Assembly (NCBI RefSeq): GCF_009914755.1
Contig: NC_060928.1
From: the human T2T-CHM13v2.0 reference genome, Homo sapiens
Direction: 5' to 3' (one strand)
DNA length: 64,000 nt
The notes beneath the pieces were generated by a model that saw nothing but the letters and a program-made list of their open reading frames with translations, was not told where the DNA came from and did no database searches. Every line of letters begins with the position of its first letter. The stretch's first letter is position 1. The translations under genes were made by a program, and so were the position numbers. Shown here in pieces: positions 1-13,340 of the stretch.

Positions 1-370
1 CTTGAAGATATACAGAAAGAGTGTGTGACATCAAAATAAAACAGGCTCGAGATGGAAACCTGAGGAGCACTAATATTTAAAGAATGAGCAAAGGAAATCA
101 AAATTGAAAAGCAGCAGCCAGAGAAGTAAGAAAAACATGGCACAAACAGCTGCAAGCAAGGAAAGAATGTGTTTCAGGTAGGATGTAATCAACACCAACA
201 AAATTATCAGAGCGGTGAGGCCTGAGAAGCACCCACTGAACCTAACAATAAGGTGGTTCCATGTGACTTGGTATAAATTTCAGGGAAGTGGTGGGGACAG
301 AAAAAAGCCAGAACCAATGGTTTGAATAGTGACTGAGAGGTGAGAAAACAGAACAGGCATTCGCACCTTT
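1..370 (-). mobile_element. L2 fragment
   Basis: Purine-rich degenerate L2 motifs (gtgacttgg...tttcagggaagtggtggggacag...aagccaga...gagaggtgagaaa). Confidence 0.6.
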
Positions 371-954
371 CTATGGTCCAGTTATACACAGTAAATGAAA
401 CACAAAGATCATGGAATATTCAGGTTAGTCAGAGCACCGTGGCCTTGCTAATACAGCATCTGATTAAAGTTAGCCCAAGGAAAAAGAACTGAGGATTCAA
501 AATTGGAATGTCTGGTCTCCCAGAAAAATCTGGGGACTTTGTCTAACTTTTACCAAATGACTTATTCGTATCTCAGTTTCTGGGGGAACTGATATGTCCC
601 AATTTTCTCACAATATTGTTTCGAGTATCAAATGTTAATTGTCAGGAAATAACTTTGCAAGGTTAAAAACTAGTTTGTAGAGGAAGTAATAATGAGTTTT
701 AGGGCCGGCCCTGATTATTGCAAGTACAACTTTAACAAGGGGAAGAAAAGACATTTTTTCCCTCTTTTCACTCAAACAAGAGGGGAACATCAGCAGAGAA
801 CATATGCCAGCTTCAAATAAATGATTGTACAGTTCCCAGTGGCTTCAAGAAAATGGCATTAGTTCTACCTTGACATTCAGGCACTTGGATGACACAAGAG
901 GCACTTGGCTTTTTGGAAAATAAGTCCTTCTGTGGGATGATACTCTTCAGCATG

Positions 955-1200
955 AGAGGCAATAGTGGAAAGTGCATCGGTTATAGAATCCAGTCACCCT
1001 GGAATGGAATATGTGCTCTGCCAATATGAGTCATCTGATTTAAAGTGAGTTACTTAACCTACCTAAGGTTGAGTTTCCTCAAGGGAATAACAAGAGTGTT
1101 TACTCCATGGGATCAGGAGGTTTAACAGAATGGTGTATAAAGAAGAACTGAGCAGGATGCCTGGAACACAAGAAGTGCTCCGTAATTGTTAGTAAATATT
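955..1200 (+). mobile_element. MIR
   Basis: Core-like gagttacttaacct...agtttcctc and tail tgcctggaacacaagaagtgctc. Confidence 0.7.
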
Positions 1201-2229
1201 CTTACTAGGACAGGACCTGTTTCCTCTGCCACAGTAAAGGCCCTACCCACAACATTTACTTAAACAGCGTTCATCCCAAGACTAGAGACAGAGCCAGTGT
1301 CTAGCTGTTCATGCTAATGTGTAGGTGAAGTAACCGAATAATATACTTACGTTCTGGGGAACTCTGCTCCTGAAGAAAACTGTAGAGCATTATGATTTAA
1401 CATTCAAACTCTATTACCTGGTACCATCATAGCATGCATCTCTTAACATAAGGGACTGCATGTTTTATAGAACATATGATGAATATTTATATAAAGCAGG
1501 AACTTTTGCCAAGCTCAGAATCGGTGTACTGATTTTACTGTTCGCTGAAGTTCGGGCTAACTTTCTGTTTCCCTGTCGCTGAAGAGATACATCTCTCACT
1601 TCTTCCAGTTAGACTAAAATAATGCTCATTCTCTTATCTGTTTTCTATCCAACAGGGTTCAGCTAAATGCAGAGGGTCCTGGATTCTTCGGCTTGCAAAA
1701 CCCATATAGAGGTCCATACAGATTTAGAAGTAGATCTCAATTTAAAACCGCAATTCTATCCATTTCTGGAAGTATTATATGGTTCCCCAAACATTCACAT
1801 TTCAGTGGTGATGCCAATCTGGGGCAAAAATAATAAAATAAAGCCAACTTCTAAATGTAGCATCAGAAGTCCTCTGGAAGGGAGGTAATAATTTCAATGC
1901 ACATTGAAGTACTCAAATTATTTTATTAGTCTCTACTCCTAAGGTTTACATTTTCAAGAATTTACTACCAGTGTTTGGAGAAAGGGAAGTGGAGGTAAAC
2001 TGTAAAAGCCTCTCTGAAGGTGAGTCACCATGGAAACCAAGACTGAAATCAAAGGCACTGGACTGACTTATTTCTCACTGATCTTTTTTTTCATTAATTC
2101 TTGCTGTCTTTTCATGGCTGTGCTTTCTTCTTTTAGTTGACAGACGCTTGGGTGTTCAGATCATCAATGGAAGACAATTTTGTTAAGGATAATGTAGCTA
2201 TATCGAGTAACATACTATTATGATGATAA

Positions 2230-2620
2230 TAACTATGCATTGAGCACATAATTTGAGCCAGGCCCAATGCTAAGTATTTTACATACATTGTCTTTTGTAT
2301 TACGTATTATTGGAAGCAATATAGGTAATGGAAAAAAGTCTTATATCTTTATTGAGTTGGCACGTATAACATACTGAATATATAAGTGCCCGAAATATGT
2401 TAAATGCTCAATAAATGTTAATATTGTTCTTATTTTCTAGTCCAAAAAACTGTCCTATGAGTAAGGCTCTTTTTTTCTCAATTTACGGATGTGAAAACTA
2501 AGGATTACAAAAAGAGGGTAAGTCACTTGGCTGTGATTTCCCAGGTGGTAAACAAGAGAATTAGAATTTCAGCGCAAGCTTGCCTGACTCCAGAAGCCAG
2601 ATTGTAAACCATTATGCTGT
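2230..2620 (-). mobile_element. MIR (interrupted)
   Basis: tttacggatgtgaaaactaagg...taagtcacttggc...cctgactccagaagcc. Confidence 0.65.
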
Positions 2621-4405
2621 ATTCTCTAAGATAGTTAGAGGTCTAAGAAGCTCACCAAATAAATTGGTTACAATTATGGTTTATTTTTTAATTAGGTTCA
2701 AAGAACTAAAGACTTAGAGGCATTATCAATGCTCACTTGATTTTTTTCTCTAGCTATTCAATTAGTTATTTAAAGAAAAAAAGTCAAGGTGTTAAATATT
2801 TGGCCTTGGAGGGCATAATGCTACATTTCAGGTTCACCTTTAATCTAGACTCAACAGATTTTTGTTTTTATTCTCCTTAAACTTCAGGCCAGGAAAAACA
2901 ACAGAGTATCTTTAGAAAGAGACGGAAGCCAAATTAAACAAGGCTCCATTCTGAATGTTTTCTATGCTCCCAAATCCTATCAACACAAAGGTAATTCGAT
3001 GAAAGGTTCATTTCTTTATAAAATAAATCTCAAGGCTACTGAAACAGACAATTGGGAATAATTTGAGAATAAATTAATTAGTTTTGATTACAAACAGGAA
3101 TCTACTGTTATATAAAGTTGGAAATGGGAAAATTCTGAAAATTACCTAGTTTTTTAGATAGCCTAGAGTTTAGTAACATTCTTTTTTTAAAATAAATTGC
3201 ATTGTAAATGACCCTAATACTAGCTGTTTGCACTTAGTAATGTGTACATCCCTTGAGGAAACACCACTTGGAATACAAGTAACTTGCAAACCCATTACCA
3301 GCCACATTAAATTGCCTTCATTAGATGTTGCTTTTCTTTTCCTGAGGATCACTGATCCTTCTCAACTTCAGGCCTTATTTTCCATTTCTATTTATATTCC
3401 TATTTTTCTCCCCCAATCCCTACTACCACCAAAAGGAATTCACTTTTCTCAAAAAAAAAAAAAAAGAATCAAAAGTATATTAAATTTAAAGAAAACACCT
3501 TTAAACAATTATTATGGTTGAAAAGTAATAGGTTTTTATGACTAGAAAGCAGAAAACTAAGTCCCTGCCCCTCAATATATCCCAAGATAAGAATAAATCA
3601 TGGAAAGCATAACAGCTGCAAATCTCCCACCCAGATGAGAGAACAACCCTAGGGAACATCCCTAGAGAGAAAGATCTATCCCAATTATGGAAAGTTCACC
3701 TGATAACTGTGTGAGAAAGCTCAAACTGCCTCCTAGCAGCACTGTCTTACCTATAGTTAAGAGTCAGTGATTCTGTTGAAGTACTTGGCTCGGCTCACCT
3801 ACTCTTCCCTCCTTGCTTCAACTCATTCCCCAACACCTATGCACAAACCACTTTCTCCAGTGTTGTGCAGTTAAGAATGCAATTGCTTCAGAGGCATCAT
3901 AAGGGAAGATTTCCATTCTAAACCGCCAGAAGAGACAGTGGATTCATTGGCCGAAAACTTCTAGCATAAAAGTGAGAAATGAACTGAAAGGTTTCATACT
4001 AGACATGCCTGAAGTCTATCCATAGAAGAAAGTACTATTGTTGCTCAAAATATAGTCCCTTAAAAAAATTCATTATATATGAAACAATAAAAGAAAATTT
4101 CATCCTCTAAAAAAGAATTCATGTAATTCACATGAAAATTCATCACATTTGGTATAAGCAAGAGTTCAATCAATAAATTTTTTAAAAACCAAACCAGATA
4201 AGCCAAATTGACTGAGTTATAACTTTTCCATGAGGCATTTCCAACCCCAAAAAATCCCTCACCTTTCTAAACTAGTAGCAGATGTTTTCTAGTATCCATG
4301 TGACAATCATATATGGCCTTGTGATATGTTTTACAATGTCTGCTTTCGTGATTACTGCAGCTTTGCCTTCCATAGTCACTTTTCACAGTTTCCATCTTAT
4401 TTCTT

Positions 4406-4702
4406 TTTTTTTTTTTTTTTCGAGACGGAGTCTTACTTTGTCACCCAGGCTGGAGTGCAGTGGCGCCATCTCGGCTCACTGCAAGCTCTGCCTCCCGGGT
4501 TCACGCCATTCTCCTGCCTCAGCCTCCTGAGTAGCTGGGACTACAGGCACCCACCACTACTCCCGGCTAATTTTTTGTATTTTTAGTAGAGATGGGGTTT
4601 CACCATGTTAACCAGGATGGTCTCGATCTCCTGACCTTGTGATCTGCCCCCCTCAGCCTCCCAAAGTGCTGGGATTACAGGCGTTAGCCACCGCGCCCAG
4701 CC
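4406..4702 (-). mobile_element. AluY-like
   Basis: Full dimer with gcaagctc/ttcacgccattctc diagnostics; 15-bp TSD tccatcttatttctt at 4391-4405 and 4703-4717. Confidence 0.95.
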
Positions 4703-4919
4703 TCCATCTTATTTCTTAATTATAAGGTCTCTGAGGACAAAGACAAGTCATCATCATCGTAGCCTCCACAGCTCTAGTACCATTTCCTTAATGTGACTAA
4801 GCAATGTAACCAGATAGGCAGTCGATGACTAGTAACTTCTCCCTGTAGTTCAAAATCTAAGGTCATGGTTGCTCTAGCTAGAGAAAGTATGGTTTTCTAG
4901 ATTGTAATTCAAAAAATGC

Positions 4920-5147
4920 ACTATAGCATAGTGTGTAAGACTGCCTGAGGTTCTACCACTTACTTCGTGACGTTGGTCCAGTTACTTAACCTCTCTGTGC
5001 CACATTTTTCTTACACATAAAATGAAGATAATAATGGGACCTTTATCATAGAGTTGGTATGAGTATGAAACATGATAATACAAATAAATTGGTTAAGGGA
5101 GTAATGCCACACAGTAAAAGATTAATAAATCCTAGCTATAATTATTA
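4920..5147 (+). mobile_element. MIR
   Basis: ctaccacttact...gttacttaacctctctgtgcc...taaaatgaagataataat. Confidence 0.8.
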
Positions 5148-5989
5148 CATTACATATAAAAGGGTTCATATGACTCCTAGAATAGTGGGTAAAGATGTGA
5201 TTTTGGGAGTTAGATATGAAAGGAATGAAAAGCATTTTCCTAATGGATCCCAATCACACCTGGCATCAAGGCAAACTAAGCTCTTGACATCACAGTCAAA
5301 TGAATTACGAATGTCCCTCATTTTCCCAAAGCCTTGAAATACAATCAACACACTGTACACAATCAACTTATGTGAGAGTGATCTAATAGATCAGAATGGG
5401 GCCATTGTCTTGGAGGATTCTTAACAAGAGACCTAGGTAACCTCACCCTCTGTCCTGCCCTTCCAGTTTCTCACCTGAACAAGCAGGTTAGAAGGCATTC
5501 CTAGAAGGTTTACCCCCACCATTTCTCAGCACATAAAGGGGAAAAAAAAAAAAGAACAAATGTTCTTTATCTCTTCTGTCCATAGTCAGTGCTTCCCAGA
5601 AACACCCTCATCTAACCCATCATTACCCCCACCCCAGGAAAAAGTGCAGTAGATGACAACAGGCAATGCAAAAAACATGTTTGCAGTATCCACACACATA
5701 CATACACTCCTTTTTGCTACATACCACTAGCCTGGCCATCCATTAATATGAGCCCGGAGTTATTCTTTCTCCTTCTGGCATCACAGGGTCAGAAGATAAT
5801 GAAGGAAGAGATCTAGCAATACTTAAATAAATAATGATTACAGGCAAAATATTGAAATAGAAAAGGCTTATCTTTGGGGCCTTTTGCATACTCTTCAGCC
5901 ATGCCTGCTCTTCTTGAAGTCTCTGAAGGCAGAGCCTTTATATTACCTTCTGAGTTTCTCCAAATTCAAGTGGTCCTTACATCTCATGA

Positions 5990-7400
5990 AATCCACTGCA
6001 GATGGCTCCTTAGCTCCCACCTTGACCCACTCCAATACATTCCACACTCTCATGTCAGATTAATGTTCTGAAAACACAGGTCTTATCTCACATTGGTTTT
6101 TAAACACATTTATTCCTAGTGTTCCATTATTGAAACACTAAGCATGTGGGAGTTATTTATATCCCACTGCTCAAGGTCATTGCCAAGGTCTGATTGCAAA
6201 AATTCAAAAAATTGCAACCTCAGGCATAAATGGGTTAGTTCCTTAATCAGGCATATCACTGTTTCGTGCATTATAATTATATGTGCATATGTCATATCTC
6301 CTCCAATAGACTGTAAAGTCATGTGAGGACTCAAATTATCAAACTCATCTTAAACCATCTTCACCCATCTATTCAAAAAAATTATAATGAATACATGTTA
6401 TAAACCAGGCACTACACTAGTCTCTAGAGAGAGGAGTCAGACCATGCCCTTCAACTTGTTAAAAATCTTTTGGAGGGTAGAGAGAGGCAGCAGGGGTTAT
6501 AGCCACATAAGCAGAAAACTGTAATACATATAAAATAATTTACATGTTATAATATAATTGCAATATATAATATGTTATAATTGCACAAGCACCAAGAAAT
6601 ACAGGATTGCATTGAAGGGACTTCGACTACACTCTTGAGAAGATCAAGAAAGGCTTCTCAGAAGAAGTAATGTCTAAACTGATACCAGAGCATAATCAGG
6701 TATTTCTAGAGAACCAGGCAGTGTAAATGGTCCATTAAGATTGGAACTGTGACAAAGGATACGGTTTAAGAAACATACAGGGACCAAATCAGAAAAGGAC
6801 TTTGAAGCCACTCTAAGTGTTTGTAGTTTATCTAAAAGTCACTGAATTGTTTAACAGGATGAATGATATGATCAGATTTGTATTTTTAAATAACCATTCA
6901 AATTAGAGTGCAGCAGTCATTTAAAATGTCTGCTGAACACAGGAATAGAAGTGACATCAGCATGGTAAAAAATATTTCAGGAATTCAGAAAATAGAGAAA
7001 TCAGTAAATCAGTGCTGGCTGTGATACCCCAGAAAGGTTTTATGGTGAAGTTTAACTGGGCTTAAGAGAGTAGATTTTCACAGGGCAATTCAAGGAAAAG
7101 AAGAACATTTCAGTCAAAGGCAGGAAAGGTCCAAGGAAGATAATGAGTTAAGAAGTGGTTGAGCAAAAGCTTATGGGAATCCATAGAGCAGTGAGTAGTT
7201 TAGTTTAGTGGGTGCTAGGTCTGGAGAGGTAGGTTGACACAGGAGGATCAGGCCTTAAATGCTAGGCTCAAGATTTAGAGTTTGCCAGCTGAGAGACAGT
7301 TCATGGAGGCTTTTTGAAAGAGTGTTGCTTTGAGAAGACTGAATATGAACTGAAAAAGGTTAAAAACAGAACTTGGTTACCAGTAGAAATGTGAGAAGAA
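5990..7400. mobile_element. L2 fragments (both orientations) around MER85
   Basis: tagactgtaaag... 3'-end motif on +; caagaaaggcttctcagaagaagtaatgtct... on -. Confidence 0.55.
6105..6234 (+). mobile_element. MER85 (PGBD3/piggyBac-derived MITE)
   Basis: cacatttattcctagtgttccattattgaaac...ctgctcaaggtcattgccaaggtctgatt...caggcataaatggg matches recalled MER85. Imperfect TIRs, decayed TTAA sites (taaa / ttag), inserted within L2 debris. Confidence 0.9.
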
Positions 7401-8437
7401 AAAAACTATGTGCACTACAGGAGATGGGCTGCAAGATATATATCAAAAAATATATATCAGAAGAAGAAATTCTGAATGGAGGCATTTCCAGCAGCTCAGT
7501 GTGATAATTTAGAAAATAGGATCTTCCTTTTATCAGGCTGTTTAACCACTATCTACACATAAGAACTTGAAAATACAGTGTTTGAAAGAGGAAATGAGGA
7601 AAAGGAACATTTGAAGAATGAGAAAGGAACAGCTGAACAAACAAAAGGCAGCACTGAGGCCATTCTTAAATGTCCTAGATTAATAACCCAGGGGTATCCA
7701 GATATTTGGGGCTTCCCTGTGTATTCTAGGAACTCCCCTCAATAGATCAGACCTTTATCCAGAAATGAGGGCCCCAGAGACCTATTTGGCTAAAAGGGCT
7801 CCCTCTTCTTTGTTGTTTTGGTCACTGCTTCTACCTAACTCTTCGCACTGTCAGTAGCTATAAGAAGCAAAACTATTGGCTCAATTGTTCTACTGTCTAC
7901 AGTTTGAACTCTGACCTCTTTGATATCCCAAAGCAACAAGCTAATTTAGTAGTCCTTACTTAAGGATACGAAGAAAAATATTTAGAAAACCTTCCAAAAT
8001 TGTCTAACAAATCTCCAGAGTTCATTAGTCTATTACCTGAGAAAAGCTGACCTAATAAATATCACAGCCCTCAACCAAAAGAACAATGTTATTTGAAAAC
8101 TAAATCTTGTAGAAGATTCAATAAATTCCTGGACCTTGAAACAAATTTTATCTTCTTAGCCTTTTTCAAAGCCAAAAACCAGTGTCTCACAATAGACATG
8201 TGCATTGTTTATTCCACCCTGTGAGGAAACTGAAGTTGTATTCCTCAGGGTATGTAAGCATTAATGACCCTAAAATTTTACTCCAGAATTGGGTGGTTTC
8301 ACACTGGAGCATACATGAATGTTGTGGGCTCAAGTCCATCACTTACCAGCAAATCAATGGATTCTTTTAGATTGGTATTTCATTTGTCATCATTTAACCA
8401 ATGATTATTGTCATCATTAGGACTTTTTAGAACATCA

Positions 8438-8729
8438 GGCAAGGTACCGTGGCTCATGCCTGTAATCCCAGCACTTTGGGAGACCGAGGCCGGCGGATCA
8501 CCTGAGGTCGGGAGTTTGAGACCAGACTGACCAACAGGGAGAAACCTCATCTCTACTAAAAATACAAATTAGCCCGGTGTGGTGGCACACGCCTGTAATC
8601 CCAGCTACCTGGAAGGCTGAGGCAGGAGAATTGCTTGAACCCAGAGGGGGAGGTTGTGGTGAACTGAGATCGTGCCATTGCACTCCAGCCTGAGCAACAA
8701 GAGTAAAACTCAGTCTCAAAAAAAAAGCA
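8438..8729 (+). mobile_element. AluSp/Sq-like
   Basis: Full dimer with A-tail; TSD agaacatca at 8429-8437 and 8730-8738. Confidence 0.93.
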
Positions 8730-10617
8730 AGAACATCAAAGAGATGTTTGTTAGGCTTATTAAGTGGTAAATTTTCCTTGGCTTCCTTTTCTTTCCAAGG
8801 TAATTATGGGCTTCTTCCTGTCTCTTTTTGATGCCCACAGAGGCCATAATGAGGGCAGTTAAATATGCAAACATGAGAATGAGAAAACAGGTGTCAAGAT
8901 ACATATAATTTTACCTATTGAGACATCCTGCCTGCTAATAAACAGAGAATCGTATTACTGGTACACTTAACCAATTTTCCTAAATAATTTAGGCATGTTT
9001 TCCAATGTCTTTGCAAAGGTGATGTGGGGAGGTCTTTTGCCCCTTTAAAATTCATCAACACCTCCAGACACTGCAAGATAAGGAGGTCATGCAAGTCAAA
9101 ACAATGTGTGGGCTACAGATATGCAGCTTCAAGTCAATCCTCTAAACTTCTTTCCAAGCACGTGACCATACCTACCTGGAAATACTGGAGTCAGCTCAGT
9201 TGTTTCCCCTATTTGATAAGAAAAGAATGCAACTAGCCAGCAAACACTTTATTTTCTTAAATATTAGCATAATTTGTGGGCATTTCCATTTTTCCAACAC
9301 ATCATTTCTCAGATATTACCCCAGATAAAATACCATGCCCAGAACTGGAATTATAGACAATTTACTAAAGAACATGCATAAGGGGACCACAAAACCCTTC
9401 TAGATCAAAGAGAGACCACCTCTGACATGCCATGGCATCAGAAAGTTCTACTTTTCTTAAGAGCCATATACTTTAATTGTGGTAAGATATTTCTAACAAA
9501 AAGATCAATCTACGTATAATGTTATTAACATGGAATTTATTTGATTACAGTTTCCCTAACTGTAATCTAAAGTCATATTCATTAGGAAACGCCAAATTTC
9601 CAAGAGCAGAGTATAATATGCAGCATTTCCCAAACATCTTGGACCCCAAAAACTTCTTGTAACAAACTAACATCGTCCAAAAATGACAAACGATATGGAA
9701 AATACCGTATTCTACCCTCCAATATCAGCTGTCAGTGGGACAGGAGTAAAGGAAAACAAGTCAAAGCACTGAGTTAACTGAGTTTTAAAAGACGGAGAGC
9801 AGTTTTGGAAGGATGCAGAAACTACACTTTGTCTACTTAACAATTTTAAGAACTACCCAATCACAGAGTATTTATTATAGAAATAATTAGGAATAATTTG
9901 ATTTTATGTTTACAAAGAGGTATGATGTTTAACTGCTCCTACGTAGTTTGAAGCTTGTTCTTAAACCCAAGGTATTGCCAAATGCCTAGTAGTACCCTGT
10001 TTATTACTGAAAAAATTTTTTTAATCATTTTGGATAAATACTAGAATCAAATATTTGACCTGACATATGACAAGGAACTAACAATATAAGCCTAGTCTAC
10101 CACCATCTGGATGACCAAATTAGAATCTTAGTCTCAAGGCCGCCCCTGTTTCAGCCCTGAATGCCTCATGTAATGTACACAGGAGCCAGAACTACATTAT
10201 ATCTCGTTTTCAAATAGCACTGGTTACGCACCGGGCAACTGTTAACCAGGGTGGCATGTGATAATCTTCCTTGCTAACCTTGTAGGAAGTGTGCGAGCCG
10301 TTATCTTTCTGGCAAGATTTAAGTAACTCATTCCTATCTAAAAAGCATCTGTTAAAGTGGCGTCACACCCTCAACTACTTCATAAAGTTTTCTATAAAAT
10401 GTTACAATCACCAGAGTCGGACCTCTCAGTTCATCAGGCGTAAAACTGCAGTTTCCGGCTGCCAAATCCCTTAACAACGTTAACCTTTTAATCCTTCAGC
10501 CTCGTCTAGTGAAAAGCAAGTGTCACCAGATACCGCCTTCTACTTGAGAAATATAACAAGATTCTTTCTCCTGCACTTTTCCCAAATAAAAACGGCTCAT
10601 ATACAAAGTGAAGTCTA

Positions 10618-11071
<454 letters not shown>

Positions 11072-11563
11072 TGAAGTGGCAGCGTAGCCGAGGGGAGCGA
11101 TAGGCGGAGTGGGCCCCCCGGCCTCCTGGAGAGCCTGAGATAAAGAGGACAAAGGGGGACAGAGATAAAGGCCACCAGGGCACCAGCCGGCAGGCTCCAG
11201 AAACGCTGCGTGGCAGTAGCCCTCAAACGCCCGGCCGGGCATGGGGCCAGACGCCCCGGATCCGGGTTTGCAAACGCCCCAGGATTTGCGTACATATGCT
11301 CCTCCCGGATATAAAGCCCCAAACCACGCCACTTCTTAGGAAAAACTAAAACCACACTAACTGTAGAACTCCACCTCCTCTTCCTGTCTTTCTGCTTTAT
11401 TCTCTCCGCCGCAAACTTAGAAGTGAGACGTGCAGTCCCCAAGGAGCTGCAGAAAAGGGCTCTTCCGGAGTCCTGGGGATTGCGCGTTTAAAGGGGACCC
11501 TCCCTCTCCCCGGATCTTCTCTGAGCTTGGCAAGTTAATCGGAAGCACTCGCTGGCCTCTCAC

Positions 11564-11715
11564 CTCTCCTATCTGTTTGTTTGTCTGTCTCTGCGTCTTT
11601 CTCTCTGCGTGTCAACGTAAGACTCGGTCTCTGGATCTCTCTCTCTTTCTGTCTCCCGCCCCCACAACCTCTGTATCTCTGACAGGTCCGCGGTGAAACT
11701 CCGCGATCCGCTCCG
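11564..11715 (-). other. SLC39A8: Probable SLC39A8 non-coding exon 1 (TSS approximate)
   Basis: Donor GAG|GTGAGA at 11563-11558 on minus. Lies in the CpG island just downstream of GC-box/E-box elements. The 5' boundary cannot be read from sequence alone. Confidence 0.6.
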
Positions 11716-12324
11716 GCGCTCTTTACAAATAAGGGGAGGAGGGCCCTGTCCCCGCCTCCGTAGCACGTGGTGACCCATTTCCCCAGCCTGAACTCCCGCG
11801 CGCGTCCACGCCGGGGCGCAGGACCGCCGGCCTTCCCTCCGCGGGCGCTGCTCATTCCCAGCATCAGCCATGCCCTCTTCCCCACCCTCACTCCTGAGGG
11901 TTACCTGATGCCACCTCCGTGTCGGGGTCCCTAACTCCTCTCTGGTCTCGGGGACGCATGCATCTTTTCGTGATCTTGATGAAACCAACTTGCTGAAATG
12001 GAGCCTGGAGACCCTTGCATTGTCTACATAATTAACAGGAATTGCTTTTTTTTCTCACTTCTTAAAATCAGAGGAGAAAGAGGAAATCCAATGGTAGCGG
12101 TGGCGGGCTAGCTGAGCCAGCACTGCCCAAGCCGGCCCTTCCTGGCGGGATATCCGCAGATCAGAGGAATGTTTATTTGTTCATATGGGAGCTCAAGAAA
12201 AGCTGACTTAGGTGTGATGTCAACAGGTTTGTGTAAAGTGAGTGTGGTGTTTGAGGCAAAGTTTGTATCTGGTGGATATAGTGGTTCAAGTGTAAAGTGA
12301 AACCATGCTTCACTGTTAGATGGC

Positions 12325-12836
12325 TGTGAAAGGAAAATAAATCTTGAGACTTCAAAATCACCAAGCTAAAGGGAAACATCAAGAAGGGACCAGCTTAGGG
12401 CAAACCTGCCTGCCATTCTATTCAAATTCATCCCTCTGAGGCTCACCTGAGACAAATGCATATCTGATTGCTTTCTCTTCTCCATCGTTTATGCAAAAAA
12501 TGCAGATTCACTGGGCCAGACTAAACTGTCTATTGAGTGGAAGGCTGATCATGGCCTCAAAAGAATGCAACCTTTTGTCTCTTGTCTATTATACTTCTAA
12601 CCTGGAAGCCCCCACTTCCAGTTGTCTCACCTTACTGGACTGAACCAATGTACATCTTACACATATTGATTGATGTCTCATGTCTCTCTAAAATATATAA
12701 AAGCAAACTGTACCCCCGACCACCTTGGGCACATGTCTCAGGACTTCCTGAGGCTGTGTCAGGGGCACATCCTTAACCTTGCCAAAATAAACTTTCTAAA
12801 TTGACTGAGACCTGTCTCAGACATTTTGCATTCACG
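12325..12836 (+). mobile_element. MER4-family (MER4A/A1-like) ERV1 solo LTR
   Basis: Starts tgtgaaaggaaaataaatctt, ends ...ttcacg. CCAAT 12645-12649, TATATAAAA 12694-12702, AATAAA 12786-12791; 4-bp TSD tggc/tgac. Confidence 0.88.
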
Positions 12837-13019
12837 TGACTAAGGACAATAAAAAGAATTCAAGATGCCGTTCTTGCCTTTCATCAGGAGAATGCACAGC
12901 CTCCTAAAATAGCACATTTTAAAGAGACATTAAGTCTAGACAAAGGGGAAAAGATGGGGAAAGGGAAAAAATCTTAATCTTAGAAGAGGAACCTAAAGAC
13001 ATAACTGCAGAAGAAAGAG

Positions 13020-13340
13020 ACAGGTAGAGAACATTCCCAGAGGCTAAGGATCTAGGCAGACGAAGCTGAAGGATTGTCATATGGAAGAAGGTTTAACTAT
13101 ATTATATCTAACTTCAGAGGACAGAAGGCAGCAGTCATGGGGCAAAGTCACCCAGAGGAAGGTTTCTGTGGAATTATAAGGCATGGCTGCCTTGGAAGAT
13201 AGTGATTTCTCCATGATCAAAAGTGATTCAAATCAACAGATCCTGGGTGACCGCCTTTAGTAGGTGGTAGGAGGATTCATGCCTGAAGGGAGATGAACTA
13301 AATGATCTTAATACTGTGCTCTTTCCAATTATAAAATCTA
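13020..13340 (+). mobile_element. L3/CR1 3' fragment
   Basis: ggctgccttggaagatagtgatttctccat...gaactaaatgatct...ctttccaattataaaatcta resembles the L3 3' end. Confidence 0.55.

Noticed and set aside
4282-4586. ORFs with RLECSG / VTQAGVQW motifs (also at other Alus)
   Set aside because: Alu-derived pseudo-ORFs.
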